This document shows positions 46,722 through 55,699 of a DNA stretch of 64,000 bases, in pieces. Numbering within the stretch: position 1 is the first letter of the stretch; each line of letters begins with the position of its first letter. The notes under the pieces were generated by a model. That model ran no database searches, was not told the DNA's origin, and was given only the letters and a program-made list of their open reading frames with translations. Position numbers and translations under genes: made by a program. Source of the stretch: Lachnospirales bacterium (lineage in GTDB: Bacteria > Bacillota > Clostridia > Lachnospirales > CAMZNU01); the NCBI GenBank assembly GCA_047973385.1, contig JBKEBX010000024.1, positions 5 to 64,004 of the forward strand. The letters run 5' to 3'.

Positions 46722-47729
46722 TTATAGTAATTTAATTTTTGAAAGTTCACATGCTTCAACAGTTTCTTTGTCCCAAAGAGATGATTGTACTTCACCAATA
46801 TGAGCCTTACCAAGTATAAGCATACAAGTTCGACTTTGTCCTATACCTCCACCTATTGTAAGAGGTAGTTTATCATTTAAAATCATTTGGTGGAATTCAT
46901 ATTTACGTCTATCATCACAGCCTGATACTTTTAGCTGATCGTCCATAGATTTAGCATCAACACGAATACCCATTGATGAAATTTCAATAGCACAATCTAA
47001 AACATCGCTCCAAAAAAGTAAATCACCATTTAAAGACCAATCATCATAGTCAGGTGCACGTCCGTCATGAGGTTTACCACTTTTTAAAACTCCACCAACT
47101 TGTGTAACAAAAACAGTTTTATGAAGTTCTGTTATTTTGTGTTCGCGATCTTTAGGCAAAAGGTCAGGGTACATATCTTCAAGTTCTTGAGAAGTTACAA
47201 AAAATACATTATTTGATAAAACTATGTCAACAACAGGATAGTTAAGTTTAACACGTTCTGATGTACGAACTATACAATTAACTATACTTTGAACAGTAGC
47301 TTTTAAAGTTGCCTCTGTTCTAGTTGCTTTAGTTAAAACTTTTTCCCAGTCCCATTGGTCTACATAAATAGAGTGGAGGTTATCAAGTTCCTCATCACGT
47401 CTAATTGCGTTCATATCAGTATATATACCTTTGCCAGGTATGAAATCATATTTATATAGAGCCATACGTTTCCATTTAGCAAGGGAATGTACTACTTGAC
47501 CTTCAGAGTTAGTAGCTGGTATATCAAAAGAAACAGGTCGCTCAACGCCATTTAAATTATCATTAAGACCGCTTTCCTCGGATAAAAATAATGGGGCAGT
47601 TGCACGTACTAAATTAAGTTCTCGGCGAATCTCTTCTTGAAATGTGCTTTTTAAAATATCGATTGCCTTTTGTGTTTGATACAAAGTCAGCTTTGACTCA
47701 TAGCCTGTAGGTATATAAGTTTTACTCAT
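46722..47729 (-). CDS. asnA: Aspartate--ammonia ligase (asparagine synthetase A)
   Basis: 335 aa. Full-length match to the AsnA pattern (L.L.RATAPLF, QWDWEKV, GGGIGQSR). Confidence 0.95.
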   Translation of the reverse strand: MSKTYIPTGYESKLTLYQTQKAIDILKSTFQEEIRRELNLVRATAPLFLSEESGLNDNLNGVERPVSFDIPATNSEGQVVHSLAKWKRMALYKYDFIPGKGIYTDMNAIRRDEELDNLHSIYVDQWDWEKVLTKATRTEATLKATVQSIVNCIVRTSERVKLNYPVVDIVLSNNVFFVTSQELEDMYPDLLPKDREHKITELHKTVFVTQVGGVLKSGKPHDGRAPDYDDWSLNGDLLFWSDVLDCAIEISSMGIRVDAKSMDDQLKVSGCDDRRKYEFHQMILNDKLPLTIGGGIGQSRTCMLILGKAHIGEVQSSLWDKETVEACELSKIKLL

Positions 47730-47955
47730 AATACTAGCTCCTTTCTTGAAAAATAATATTTAGTCGTTTTTGAACTTGTTAAATTAGTTTCAAAATCAAC
47801 TCTGAATTTATTATAAACTATTACTTCACTTTTGTCAAATAAAGTTTTTGTAAAATTATACAATGTGCATATATAAGTAAATGAAATATGTAAGATTTAT
47901 ACAATTTATTTATGTAAATGTGTAAGAATAATTTAAAAAATGAAATTTTACAAAT

Positions 47956-48684
47956 CTAATCTATCAATTCAATATCAAAAATGTTAGTTTGTTGATTGAT
48001 TTCGTCAATACTTTTATGAATAGCATCTATATCTGGAGAATTTACAACTATATAACTTTCTGCAATTTCATTTTTTACAATTTCGTCACTTAAATTATCT
48101 AAAATAACATCATCATTTATTTTTTTAGTATAATATTCAATAGTTCTAACTTTATTCTTTTTGAAAATATAAGTTATTGAAGTTGTTACAAAATCTCTAT
48201 CTAAATGTCTAACTTTAAGTTTGTATTTTTTATTTTTTCTTAGCATTAATCTTTCAAAAATTGAGAAAGCCATAAGAACGAACCAAAGAGAAATAGATAC
48301 TGTAAAGGATAAGAGGTAAAAACCAGCACCAATACAAATACCGATTATGGCAACAGTCCATACAGTTGCCGCAGTTGTTAAACCTTTTATGTTAGTTCCA
48401 TATTTCATAATCGTACCAGCACCTAAAAAACCAATACCACTTACAACTTGTGCAGATAACCTGTTAGGGTCAATAAGTTGATTGTAGTTTACATAATAAT
48501 ATTCGTGAAGTTTTATAGATAATAGCATAATCGCCATCGAACCCATACAAACAACTATATGAGTTCTAAGACCTGCAGGTCTGCCTCTATGTTCACGTTC
48601 CATACCAATTAAACCGCCACAAATTATAACGAATAAAATTTTTACAAATATTTCTTGTAAATAAAATATACTATATACTTCCAT
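47956..48684 (-). CDS. mgtC: MgtC/SapB-family membrane protein
   Basis: 242 aa. GLIGMEREHRGRPAGLRTHIVV and GIGFLGAGTI motifs with a C-terminal soluble domain. Confidence 0.9.
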   Translation of the reverse strand: MEVYSIFYLQEIFVKILFVIICGGLIGMEREHRGRPAGLRTHIVVCMGSMAIMLLSIKLHEYYYVNYNQLIDPNRLSAQVVSGIGFLGAGTIMKYGTNIKGLTTAATVWTVAIIGICIGAGFYLLSFTVSISLWFVLMAFSIFERLMLRKNKKYKLKVRHLDRDFVTTSITYIFKKNKVRTIEYYTKKINDDVILDNLSDEIVKNEIAESYIVVNSPDIDAIHKSIDEINQQTNIFDIELID

Positions 48685-48744
48685 AAAATCACCTCAATAT
48701 AAGTATAGCATATAAATAGTTTTTTTAAAACATACAAAAAATAT

Positions 48745-48823
48745 ATGGAGACTTTGCAAAAGTATGAAAATTTGGTTTTTATTTGCAAGGTGCCATTATT
48801 TTAGTTTTATAGCGTTTCCATAT
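48745..48823 (+). repeat. Dispersed intergenic repeat, copy E5 (short form)
   Basis: ATGGAGACTTTGCAAAAGTATGAAAATTTGGTTTTTATTTGCAAGGTGCCATTATTTTAGTTTTATAGCGTTTCCATAT. The left-module start is fused directly to the right module. Confidence 0.75.
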
Positions 48824-48978
48824 GTCGAGCTTCAATTTTTGTGTAGTATAATTTTTTTCTAACTTTTTTCTACACTTTCTGTCAATTTCCATAATCTTAG
48901 TTTTTTTACTTGATATATTTTTAAATAAAATGTATAATTTAATTATATATTTAAAGAACAAAAAGGAGCGAAAAATTT

Positions 48979-50127
48979 ATGAATTTAGTAGATGACTTTA
49001 AAAAGATTTTTGGGGATACTGAGAATGTAATTGAGATTGAATCACCAGCAAGAGTTAATATAATAGGTGAGCATACAGATTATAACGGTGGTTATGTTTT
49101 CCCCTGTGCTTTAGATTTTGGAACATATGGTGTTGCAAGAAAACGTGAAGACAATAAAATAAGACTTTGTTCTTTAACTTTTGAAAAAATATTTGAGTTA
49201 TCCTTAGATGACTTATCGTTTAAAGAAGAAGATTCATGGACAAATTATGCAAAGGGTGTAATTGTTGAAATAATAAAACTTGGACACAATATAGAAGGTT
49301 TTGAGTTAGTTATAGATAGTAATATGCCTTTATCTTCAGGTTTATCTTCCTCGGCAAGTTTAGAAGTTTTAGTTGCCGTTACTTTAAATGAGTTGTTTAA
49401 TCTCGAAATATCAGGAAAAGATATAGCCGTTCTTTGTAGACGTGCTGAAAATGACTTTATGGGGTTACAATGTGGTATAATGGACCAGTTTGTAATTGCA
49501 AATGCCAAGGAAAATAGTGCTATGTTGCTTAAATGTAGTACATTAGAATATAAACAATATAATGTTGATCTTTTAGATAATCGTTTTGTAATTTGTAATA
49601 CTAAAAAACCTCGTAAACTTGTAGAATCTAAGTATAATGAGAGATTAGAAGAATGCCAAAAAGGTCTTGATATACTGAAAAAATATATTGATATAGATAC
49701 ACTTGCAGAGCTTTCTATATCTGATTTTGAAAACCTAAAAAAATATATTAATGATGAAATAGTTTTAAATAGAGTAAAACACGTTATTTATGAAACAAAA
49801 AGAACTCTAGATTGTGCAAAGGCATTAGAAGATAAGAATTTTGATGAAGTTGGCAAACTTCTTGTTAAGTCTCATGAATCACTTAGAGATTTATATGAAG
49901 TTACAGGTTTTGAACTTGATACAATGGTTGATGAAGCTTTGAAACTTGAGGGTGTTTGGGGTGCAAGAATGACAGGTGCAGGTTTTGGTGGCTGTGTTAT
50001 AGCTCTTGTTAATAATAAAAATATTGATGAGTTCATAGAAAAGCTTACAAAAGCATATAGTGAAAAGACTAATTTGCAACCAGAAATGTACATAGCAAAT
50101 ATAAGTGGTGGAGCGAAAGTACTATAA
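48979..50127 (+). CDS. galK: Galactokinase
   Basis: 382 aa. PARVNIIGEHTDYNGG, GLSSSASLEV and GAGFGGC motifs. Confidence 0.96.
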   Translation: MNLVDDFKKIFGDTENVIEIESPARVNIIGEHTDYNGGYVFPCALDFGTYGVARKREDNKIRLCSLTFEKIFELSLDDLSFKEEDSWTNYAKGVIVEIIKLGHNIEGFELVIDSNMPLSSGLSSSASLEVLVAVTLNELFNLEISGKDIAVLCRRAENDFMGLQCGIMDQFVIANAKENSAMLLKCSTLEYKQYNVDLLDNRFVICNTKKPRKLVESKYNERLEECQKGLDILKKYIDIDTLAELSISDFENLKKYINDEIVLNRVKHVIYETKRTLDCAKALEDKNFDEVGKLLVKSHESLRDLYEVTGFELDTMVDEALKLEGVWGARMTGAGFGGCVIALVNNKNIDEFIEKLTKAYSEKTNLQPEMYIANISGGAKVL

Positions 50128-50140
50128 AATAGGAGAAGTT

Positions 50141-51658
50141 ATGGATATTTATAATGAAATAGAAAGATTAATAAGTTTTGGGGTACAAAAACATCTGATT
50201 GAAGATAGTGATATTATTTATATACGAAATTATTTGTTTGATTTGCTACAAGTTGAGCCTAAAAATGTTAGTATAAAAATAAATGAAAGCTTAGATACAG
50301 CAACATCAATATTAGATAAAATAAGTATATATGCAATTGAAAAAGGTTTTATAGAAGATAGTATAGTAGAAAAAGATTTGTTTGAGTGTAAGGTTATGGG
50401 TATGCTTATGCCAAGACCTTCTGAAGTTATAAAAAAATTTAATAAGCTTTATGACAAAGAAAAAAGCCATGCAACAGACTATTTGTATGACATAAGCAAA
50501 AGCTCAAACTATATTATGGTTGATAGAGTTGAAAAAAATATTGAATGGGATTATAAGTCAGACTATGGTACATATAAAATAACTATAAATGTATCTAAGC
50601 CTGAAAAAGACCCAAAAGATATTGCTAAAGCTAAAAATATGAAAAACTCAGATTATCCAACTTGCGTACTTTGTAAAGAAAACATAGGTTTTGCAGGTAA
50701 CTTTAATCGTGCGGCACGTCAGACTATTAGAACCGTTCCATTAAATTTAGATGGGGAAATATGGAATTTGCAATATTCACCCTATGTATATTATAATGAA
50801 CATTGTATAGTTTTTAAAGATGAACATACACCTATGACAGGTTCAAATAAAGCATATACAAGATTGTTTGACTTTTTAGATATTTTGCCTCACTATTTTA
50901 TAGGTTCAAATGCAGGTAAACCTATAGTAGGTGGTTCTATTTTATCCCATGACCATTTTCAAGGTGGGAACCAGCAATTGCCGTTAGTTTTTGCAAAAGA
51001 CAAAATAGGTTTTAAAAGTGATAAATATAGAGATGTTAAGATTTCTATATTAAAGTGGCAAATGTCTGTTGTGCGTCTTTCTAGTAAATCTAGAGAAAGC
51101 CTTGTTGCAATATGCAAGGATATTCAAAGGGTATGGGAGGATTTTAATTCAGAAATTTGTGAAATACAAAGTCATACAGGTGATGAATCTCATAACGCTA
51201 TAACACCAATTTCTAGAATAAATAATATTGGTGATTATGAGATAGATATAGTACTTAGAAATAATCTCACAAGTGAAAAACACCCTATGGGTATTTTTCA
51301 CCCACATGAAGATGTTCATCATATAAAGAAAGAAAATATTGGACTTATTGAAGTTGCAGGTCTTGGAGTTCTTCCAAAACGCTTAGTTGATGAGCTTGAG
51401 TATGTTAAAGAATTTTTAATTAGTGATAACAAGGATATACAAGATGCAAAAGAGTCTATTCATTATAATTGGATTTGTGACCTTGTAGAAAGATTTGGAC
51501 AAAACAACTCTTTTGAAAAAGCTACAGATATTGTTAAAAATGGTGTTGGAGAAAAGTTTGAAAGATGCCTTGCAGATTGTGGAGTTTTTAAAGATAATGA
51601 AACTTCAGATAATGAGTTTAAAAGATTTTTAGAAATGGTTGGTATAGTAGAAAAGTAG
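50141..51658 (+). CDS. galT: UDP-glucose--hexose-1-phosphate uridylyltransferase (type 2 GalT)
   Basis: About 505 aa, Firmicute-type long GalT (CVLC....G, ILSHDHFQGG). ATG at 50141 follows AGGAGA; the ORF-track start at 50105 overlaps galK. Confidence 0.93.
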   Translation: MDIYNEIERLISFGVQKHLIEDSDIIYIRNYLFDLLQVEPKNVSIKINESLDTATSILDKISIYAIEKGFIEDSIVEKDLFECKVMGMLMPRPSEVIKKFNKLYDKEKSHATDYLYDISKSSNYIMVDRVEKNIEWDYKSDYGTYKITINVSKPEKDPKDIAKAKNMKNSDYPTCVLCKENIGFAGNFNRAARQTIRTVPLNLDGEIWNLQYSPYVYYNEHCIVFKDEHTPMTGSNKAYTRLFDFLDILPHYFIGSNAGKPIVGGSILSHDHFQGGNQQLPLVFAKDKIGFKSDKYRDVKISILKWQMSVVRLSSKSRESLVAICKDIQRVWEDFNSEICEIQSHTGDESHNAITPISRINNIGDYEIDIVLRNNLTSEKHPMGIFHPHEDVHHIKKENIGLIEVAGLGVLPKRLVDELEYVKEFLISDNKDIQDAKESIHYNWICDLVERFGQNNSFEKATDIVKNGVGEKFERCLADCGVFKDNETSDNEFKRFLEMVGIVEK

Positions 51659-51667
51659 AGGCTATAT

Positions 51668-52345
51668 ATGTTTAAAACTAATAATGATTGGGATTTGTTA
51701 CTTGAAGAAGAATGTAAACTAGAGTATTTTAAAAATTTGTGGAGTTTTGTTGAAGATGAATATAAAAACAAAGTGATTTATCCACCAAAAGAGCTTATTT
51801 TTAATGCTTTAGAAAAAACTTCTTTTAAAGATACAAATGTTGTTATTTTAGGGCAAGACCCATATATAAGAGAAAATCAAGCTATGGGATTGTCTTTTTC
51901 AGTTCCAAAGGGTGAGAAAGTCCCACCGTCACTTAAAAATGTTTTTAAAGAAATGCAAAATGATTTGAATATTGATTTTGATATAAATAAATCAGGTGAT
52001 TTAAGTAATTGGGCAAAAGAAGGTGTACTTCTTTTAAACAGTACACTAACTGTTGAAGAAGGAAAAAGTGGTTCACATAAAAATAAGGGTTGGGAAAAAT
52101 TTACCGATGAGATAGTTAGACTTTTAAGCGAAAAAGATACACCTATTGTGTTTATGCTATGGGGTAACTACGCTAAGGAAAAAGGTAAGATTATTTCTAA
52201 AAACAGTGATATTAAACATTTAATACTAGAAGCATCCCACCCAAGTCCATTAGCTCGTGGTGCATATTTTGGCTCAAAACATTTTTCGAAGGCAAACAAT
52301 TTTTTAAAAGATAATGATTTAGAACCTATTAATTGGGAGATTTAG
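51668..52345 (+). CDS. ung: Uracil-DNA glycosylase
   Basis: 225 aa. ILGQDPY, GVLLLN and HPSPLA motifs. Confidence 0.96.
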   Translation: MFKTNNDWDLLLEEECKLEYFKNLWSFVEDEYKNKVIYPPKELIFNALEKTSFKDTNVVILGQDPYIRENQAMGLSFSVPKGEKVPPSLKNVFKEMQNDLNIDFDINKSGDLSNWAKEGVLLLNSTLTVEEGKSGSHKNKGWEKFTDEIVRLLSEKDTPIVFMLWGNYAKEKGKIISKNSDIKHLILEASHPSPLARGAYFGSKHFSKANNFLKDNDLEPINWEI

Positions 52346-52353
52346 GAGGATAT

Positions 52354-52806
52354 ATGGACACTTTTATTTTTAACATAGATGAATTTAACTTTAAGGTAAG
52401 TATATGTGATAAAGTTGTTCATTTTCTTGAGATTACTAATGAACCTACAACTAAAATTCCAAAAAATTATAAATGGTTTGTAAATAGAATGGAAAATTAT
52501 TTTATTGGAAAAGATACTTTATCAGATATAGAGGTTTATCAAGAAGGTACGGTCTTTCAAAAAAAAGTATGGGACACCCTTAGGACAATTCCCTATGGTG
52601 AGGTTATAACATATAAGGAATTAGCTATAAAGTATGGAAATGTAAAAGCAACTCGTGCTGTTGCAAATGCCAATGGCAAAAACAAAATATCAATACTTGT
52701 GCCATGACATAGGGTTATTGCAAGTGATGGATCACTTGGTGGGTTCTCGGCGATTGGTGGTATAAAAACAAAGGCAAGATTATTAGAAATAGAAAAAAAT
52801 AAATAA
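52354..52806 (+). CDS. ogt: Methylated-DNA--protein-cysteine methyltransferase (Ogt/MGMT) with in-frame TGA (52705-52707) at the catalytic Cys codon: candidate selenoprotein, or a pseudogene
   Basis: The upstream part ends ...TRAVANANGKNKISILVP-TGA. The same frame continues HRVIASDGSLGGFSAIGGIKTKARLLEIEKNK-TAA (52804-52806). Together these reproduce the PCHRV active-site region with TGA in place of Cys. ATG at 52354 follows TAGGAGGA. Confidence 0.85.
52721..52738 (+). promoter_or_regulatory. Candidate bacterial SECIS hairpin
   Basis: CAAGTGA-TGGA-TCACTTG: perfect 7-bp stem, 4-nt loop containing GG, starting 13 nt after the TGA. Confidence 0.3.
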
Positions 52807-52826
52807 ATAAAGATTGAGGTGAATGT

Positions 52827-54920
52827 ATGGATAAAGACTATTTAGAAGCAAGAGATATAAGTTGGCTAAGATTTAATGAAAGAGTTTTAGAAGAAGCTTT
52901 TGATGAGAAAAAACCCATTGCAGAAAGGCTTAAATACATATCCATTTTCTACTCAAATCTAGATGAATTTTATATGGTGCGTATTGCAACACTAAAACTT
53001 TTAAAAGGAAAAAAAGATAATTTAACTGGAAGAAGTTATGATAAAATTTTAAAAGAGTCTTTAGCATTTATACAAAATGTTCTTGTAAAAGCTGACTATG
53101 TATATAGTTATTTAATAAAAAACCCACTAATTAAAAATGATGATTTTGGTCTATTTAAAATTGATGAGCTTAATAGTGTTCAAATAAGTATAATAGACAA
53201 TTATTATGAAGAGTCTTTAAAAGATGAAATAAAATTTAAGGAAAACACAATTCCAAAGTTAACGAATAAAAGGTTATATTTAGCTTTAATTGACAAAGAT
53301 TCCACAGTTAAAGTTGCTTCATATTCTTTAAAACATGATAGAATATATGAGTTTGAAAAAAATAAATTTATTTTAGTTGAGGACATAGTAAAGTATAATA
53401 TGCTTAAAGACTATGAAAATGATGATTATGGTATATGTAGTTTTAGAGTTGTTAGAGAGGCACATAACCCTATAACTTATAACGATACTGATGATATAGA
53501 AATGCTTACTATAAATATTATGCAACAACTTGAAAAACGTGACAAAGGTCAAGTGTCTTATATACAAATAGAAGCTCTAGACAATAACGCTCACAAGATT
53601 GTTGTTGAAAAAATAAAAGAAAAGCTTTTACTTGACAATTTAAATGTACATGAGTTTACAAATACTCCTATTGAAACATCTTTTATATTTGGTTATGTTG
53701 ATAAAATAGCCAAATATGATAAATCATTAGTCTTTAAGGAACATGATATAAAATATCCCGTTACTTTTTCAAGAGAAAGCTCACTGTTTTCTCAAATTAG
53801 CGAAAAGGATAGAGTTGTATTTTTCCCAAATGAGTCCTTTGAAGATTCTGTATTACAATTTTTGAAAGAGTCTTGCGAAGATGAGTTTTCAACAGAAATT
53901 TTTATAACAATTTATAGAATAAAACGAAATTCCGACCTTATGAAATATCTTGTTATCGCTGCTGAAAAGGGTAAGAAAATAAATGTAATTGTTGAGTTTA
54001 AAGCAAGGTTTGATGAACAGCACAACATAGAAACAGCGAATATTTTAAAAGAACTTAACTGTAATGTTTATACAACACAACATTCTATGAAAGTTCATGC
54101 TAAAATTTTAATGGTTAAAAGGCTTGTAAATGATATAGTTAGTTATTATAGTTTTTTAAGTACAGGAAACTTCCACGAGGGTACGGCAAAGCTTTATACA
54201 GACCTTGGGGTTTTTACAGCTAACACAACTATTGGTCAAGATGTGGAATGTTTTTTCCATGCAGTTGATAATCAGCTACCAACAGTACCTTTATCAACTC
54301 TTTATGCATCACCAAAAAACTTAAAAACAAAAATTGTTAACTTAATAGAGCAAGAAATAATATTCCATAAATTATATGATAATGGTAGAATTATATTAAA
54401 AATGAATTCTTTGTATAATGAGGAAATTATTGATAGGCTTGTTCAAGCATCAAAAGCAGGTGTAAAAATAGACTTAATATGTCGTGGTATTTGTGGTGTT
54501 GTACCAGACCACCCTAGTACAAGCAACATTAGGGTTGTAAGCCTTGTTGGTAGATACTTAGAACATTCAAGAGTATATTATTTTAATAACAACAACAACA
54601 AAAAAGTATATATTTCATCGGCAGATTTATTAGATAGAAATCTTGACCATAGATATGAATTATTTACTCCTATAAAGGATAAAGACGTAGCTGAAATTTT
54701 GTATCAATATCTACTTATGTCCTTAAATGATAACACAAATATGTATGTTGAACAGTCTAATCGAAGTTATACAAAGGTTAAAGCAAAATCTGGCTTTGTA
54801 GATGTTCAAATGGATACCATAGAGATTTTAGAAAATCATAAAGAGAGATTTATAAAAGAAAAGCCTAAAAGCGAAGATAAGAGCTTTGTTAAAAATTTAA
54901 AAACAATGTTTTCAAAGTAA
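52827..54920 (+). CDS. ppk: Polyphosphate kinase 1
   Basis: 697 aa. SWLRFNERVLEEA at the N-terminus and two PLD-like HKD-type regions (KVHAKILMV, LEHSRVYYF). Confidence 0.95.
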   Translation: MDKDYLEARDISWLRFNERVLEEAFDEKKPIAERLKYISIFYSNLDEFYMVRIATLKLLKGKKDNLTGRSYDKILKESLAFIQNVLVKADYVYSYLIKNPLIKNDDFGLFKIDELNSVQISIIDNYYEESLKDEIKFKENTIPKLTNKRLYLALIDKDSTVKVASYSLKHDRIYEFEKNKFILVEDIVKYNMLKDYENDDYGICSFRVVREAHNPITYNDTDDIEMLTINIMQQLEKRDKGQVSYIQIEALDNNAHKIVVEKIKEKLLLDNLNVHEFTNTPIETSFIFGYVDKIAKYDKSLVFKEHDIKYPVTFSRESSLFSQISEKDRVVFFPNESFEDSVLQFLKESCEDEFSTEIFITIYRIKRNSDLMKYLVIAAEKGKKINVIVEFKARFDEQHNIETANILKELNCNVYTTQHSMKVHAKILMVKRLVNDIVSYYSFLSTGNFHEGTAKLYTDLGVFTANTTIGQDVECFFHAVDNQLPTVPLSTLYASPKNLKTKIVNLIEQEIIFHKLYDNGRIILKMNSLYNEEIIDRLVQASKAGVKIDLICRGICGVVPDHPSTSNIRVVSLVGRYLEHSRVYYFNNNNNKKVYISSADLLDRNLDHRYELFTPIKDKDVAEILYQYLLMSLNDNTNMYVEQSNRSYTKVKAKSGFVDVQMDTIEILENHKERFIKEKPKSEDKSFVKNLKTMFSK

Positions 54921-54995
54921 TATGTTTTGATTTAAGGTAAAACAAGGGAGTTTCTAGAGATTAGCATTGATAATTTTTTTGTAAGGAGAAATTTT

Positions 54996-55697
54996 ATGTT
55001 GTTTGAAACAAAAGATATTATAAGAGAATATAAAAGTGGAGAAGGTAAATTATTAGCTTTAAACAAAGTTAATGTGGTAATTGAAGAAGGCGAGATTACA
55101 ACAATTTTAGGCCCAAGTGGAAGTGGCAAGACAACTTTGTTAAACAATTTAAGTGGATTAGATAAAATAAATAGTGGGGAAATTTTGTTTCAAGGTCAAG
55201 ATATTGCGAAATTTAACCAAGATAAACTAACTACATATAGACGAGAAAACACAGGGTTTATATTTCAAAACTACAACCTTGTATCTACATTGACGGCGAG
55301 GGAAAATGTAGCTCTTGGAGCCTATTTAAGCGATAACGCCTTAGACGTAGATGAAATAATAAAAGAAGTAGGCTTAGAAGAACATGGTAACAAATTTCCT
55401 CATCAACTAAGTGGAGGACAACAACAACGTATTGCCATAGCAAGAGTGTTAGTTAAAAACCCAAAAGTTATTTTTTGTGATGAACCAACAGGTGCATTAG
55501 ATGAAGAAAGTGGAAGGGTTGTACTACAACTATTACAAAATTTGAATAAAAAATATAAAACATCTATAATTATGGTCACACATAACCCTAATATTGCCAA
55601 TATGTCTCATAAAGTTATTTATTTTAAAAATGGAAAAATTGATAAAGTTATGAACAATGAAAGTATTGTGGATGCTTTTTCAATAGATTGGAGTTAA
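54996..55697 (+). CDS. ABC transporter ATP-binding protein (MacB/LolD-type)
   Basis: 233 aa. GPSGSGKTTLLN, LSGGQQQRIAIAR and IFCDEPTGALD. Confidence 0.9.
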   Translation: MLFETKDIIREYKSGEGKLLALNKVNVVIEEGEITTILGPSGSGKTTLLNNLSGLDKINSGEILFQGQDIAKFNQDKLTTYRRENTGFIFQNYNLVSTLTARENVALGAYLSDNALDVDEIIKEVGLEEHGNKFPHQLSGGQQQRIAIARVLVKNPKVIFCDEPTGALDEESGRVVLQLLQNLNKKYKTSIIMVTHNPNIANMSHKVIYFKNGKIDKVMNNESIVDAFSIDWS

Positions 55698-55699
55698 TT

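Noticed and set aside
52705-52707. Alternative genetic code (TGA = Trp or Gly) as an explanation for the in-frame TGA in ogt.
   Set aside because: Every other gene in the window is full-length under the standard bacterial code with no internal TGA. The ParB-like gene appears to terminate at TGA, so a global reassignment is not supported.
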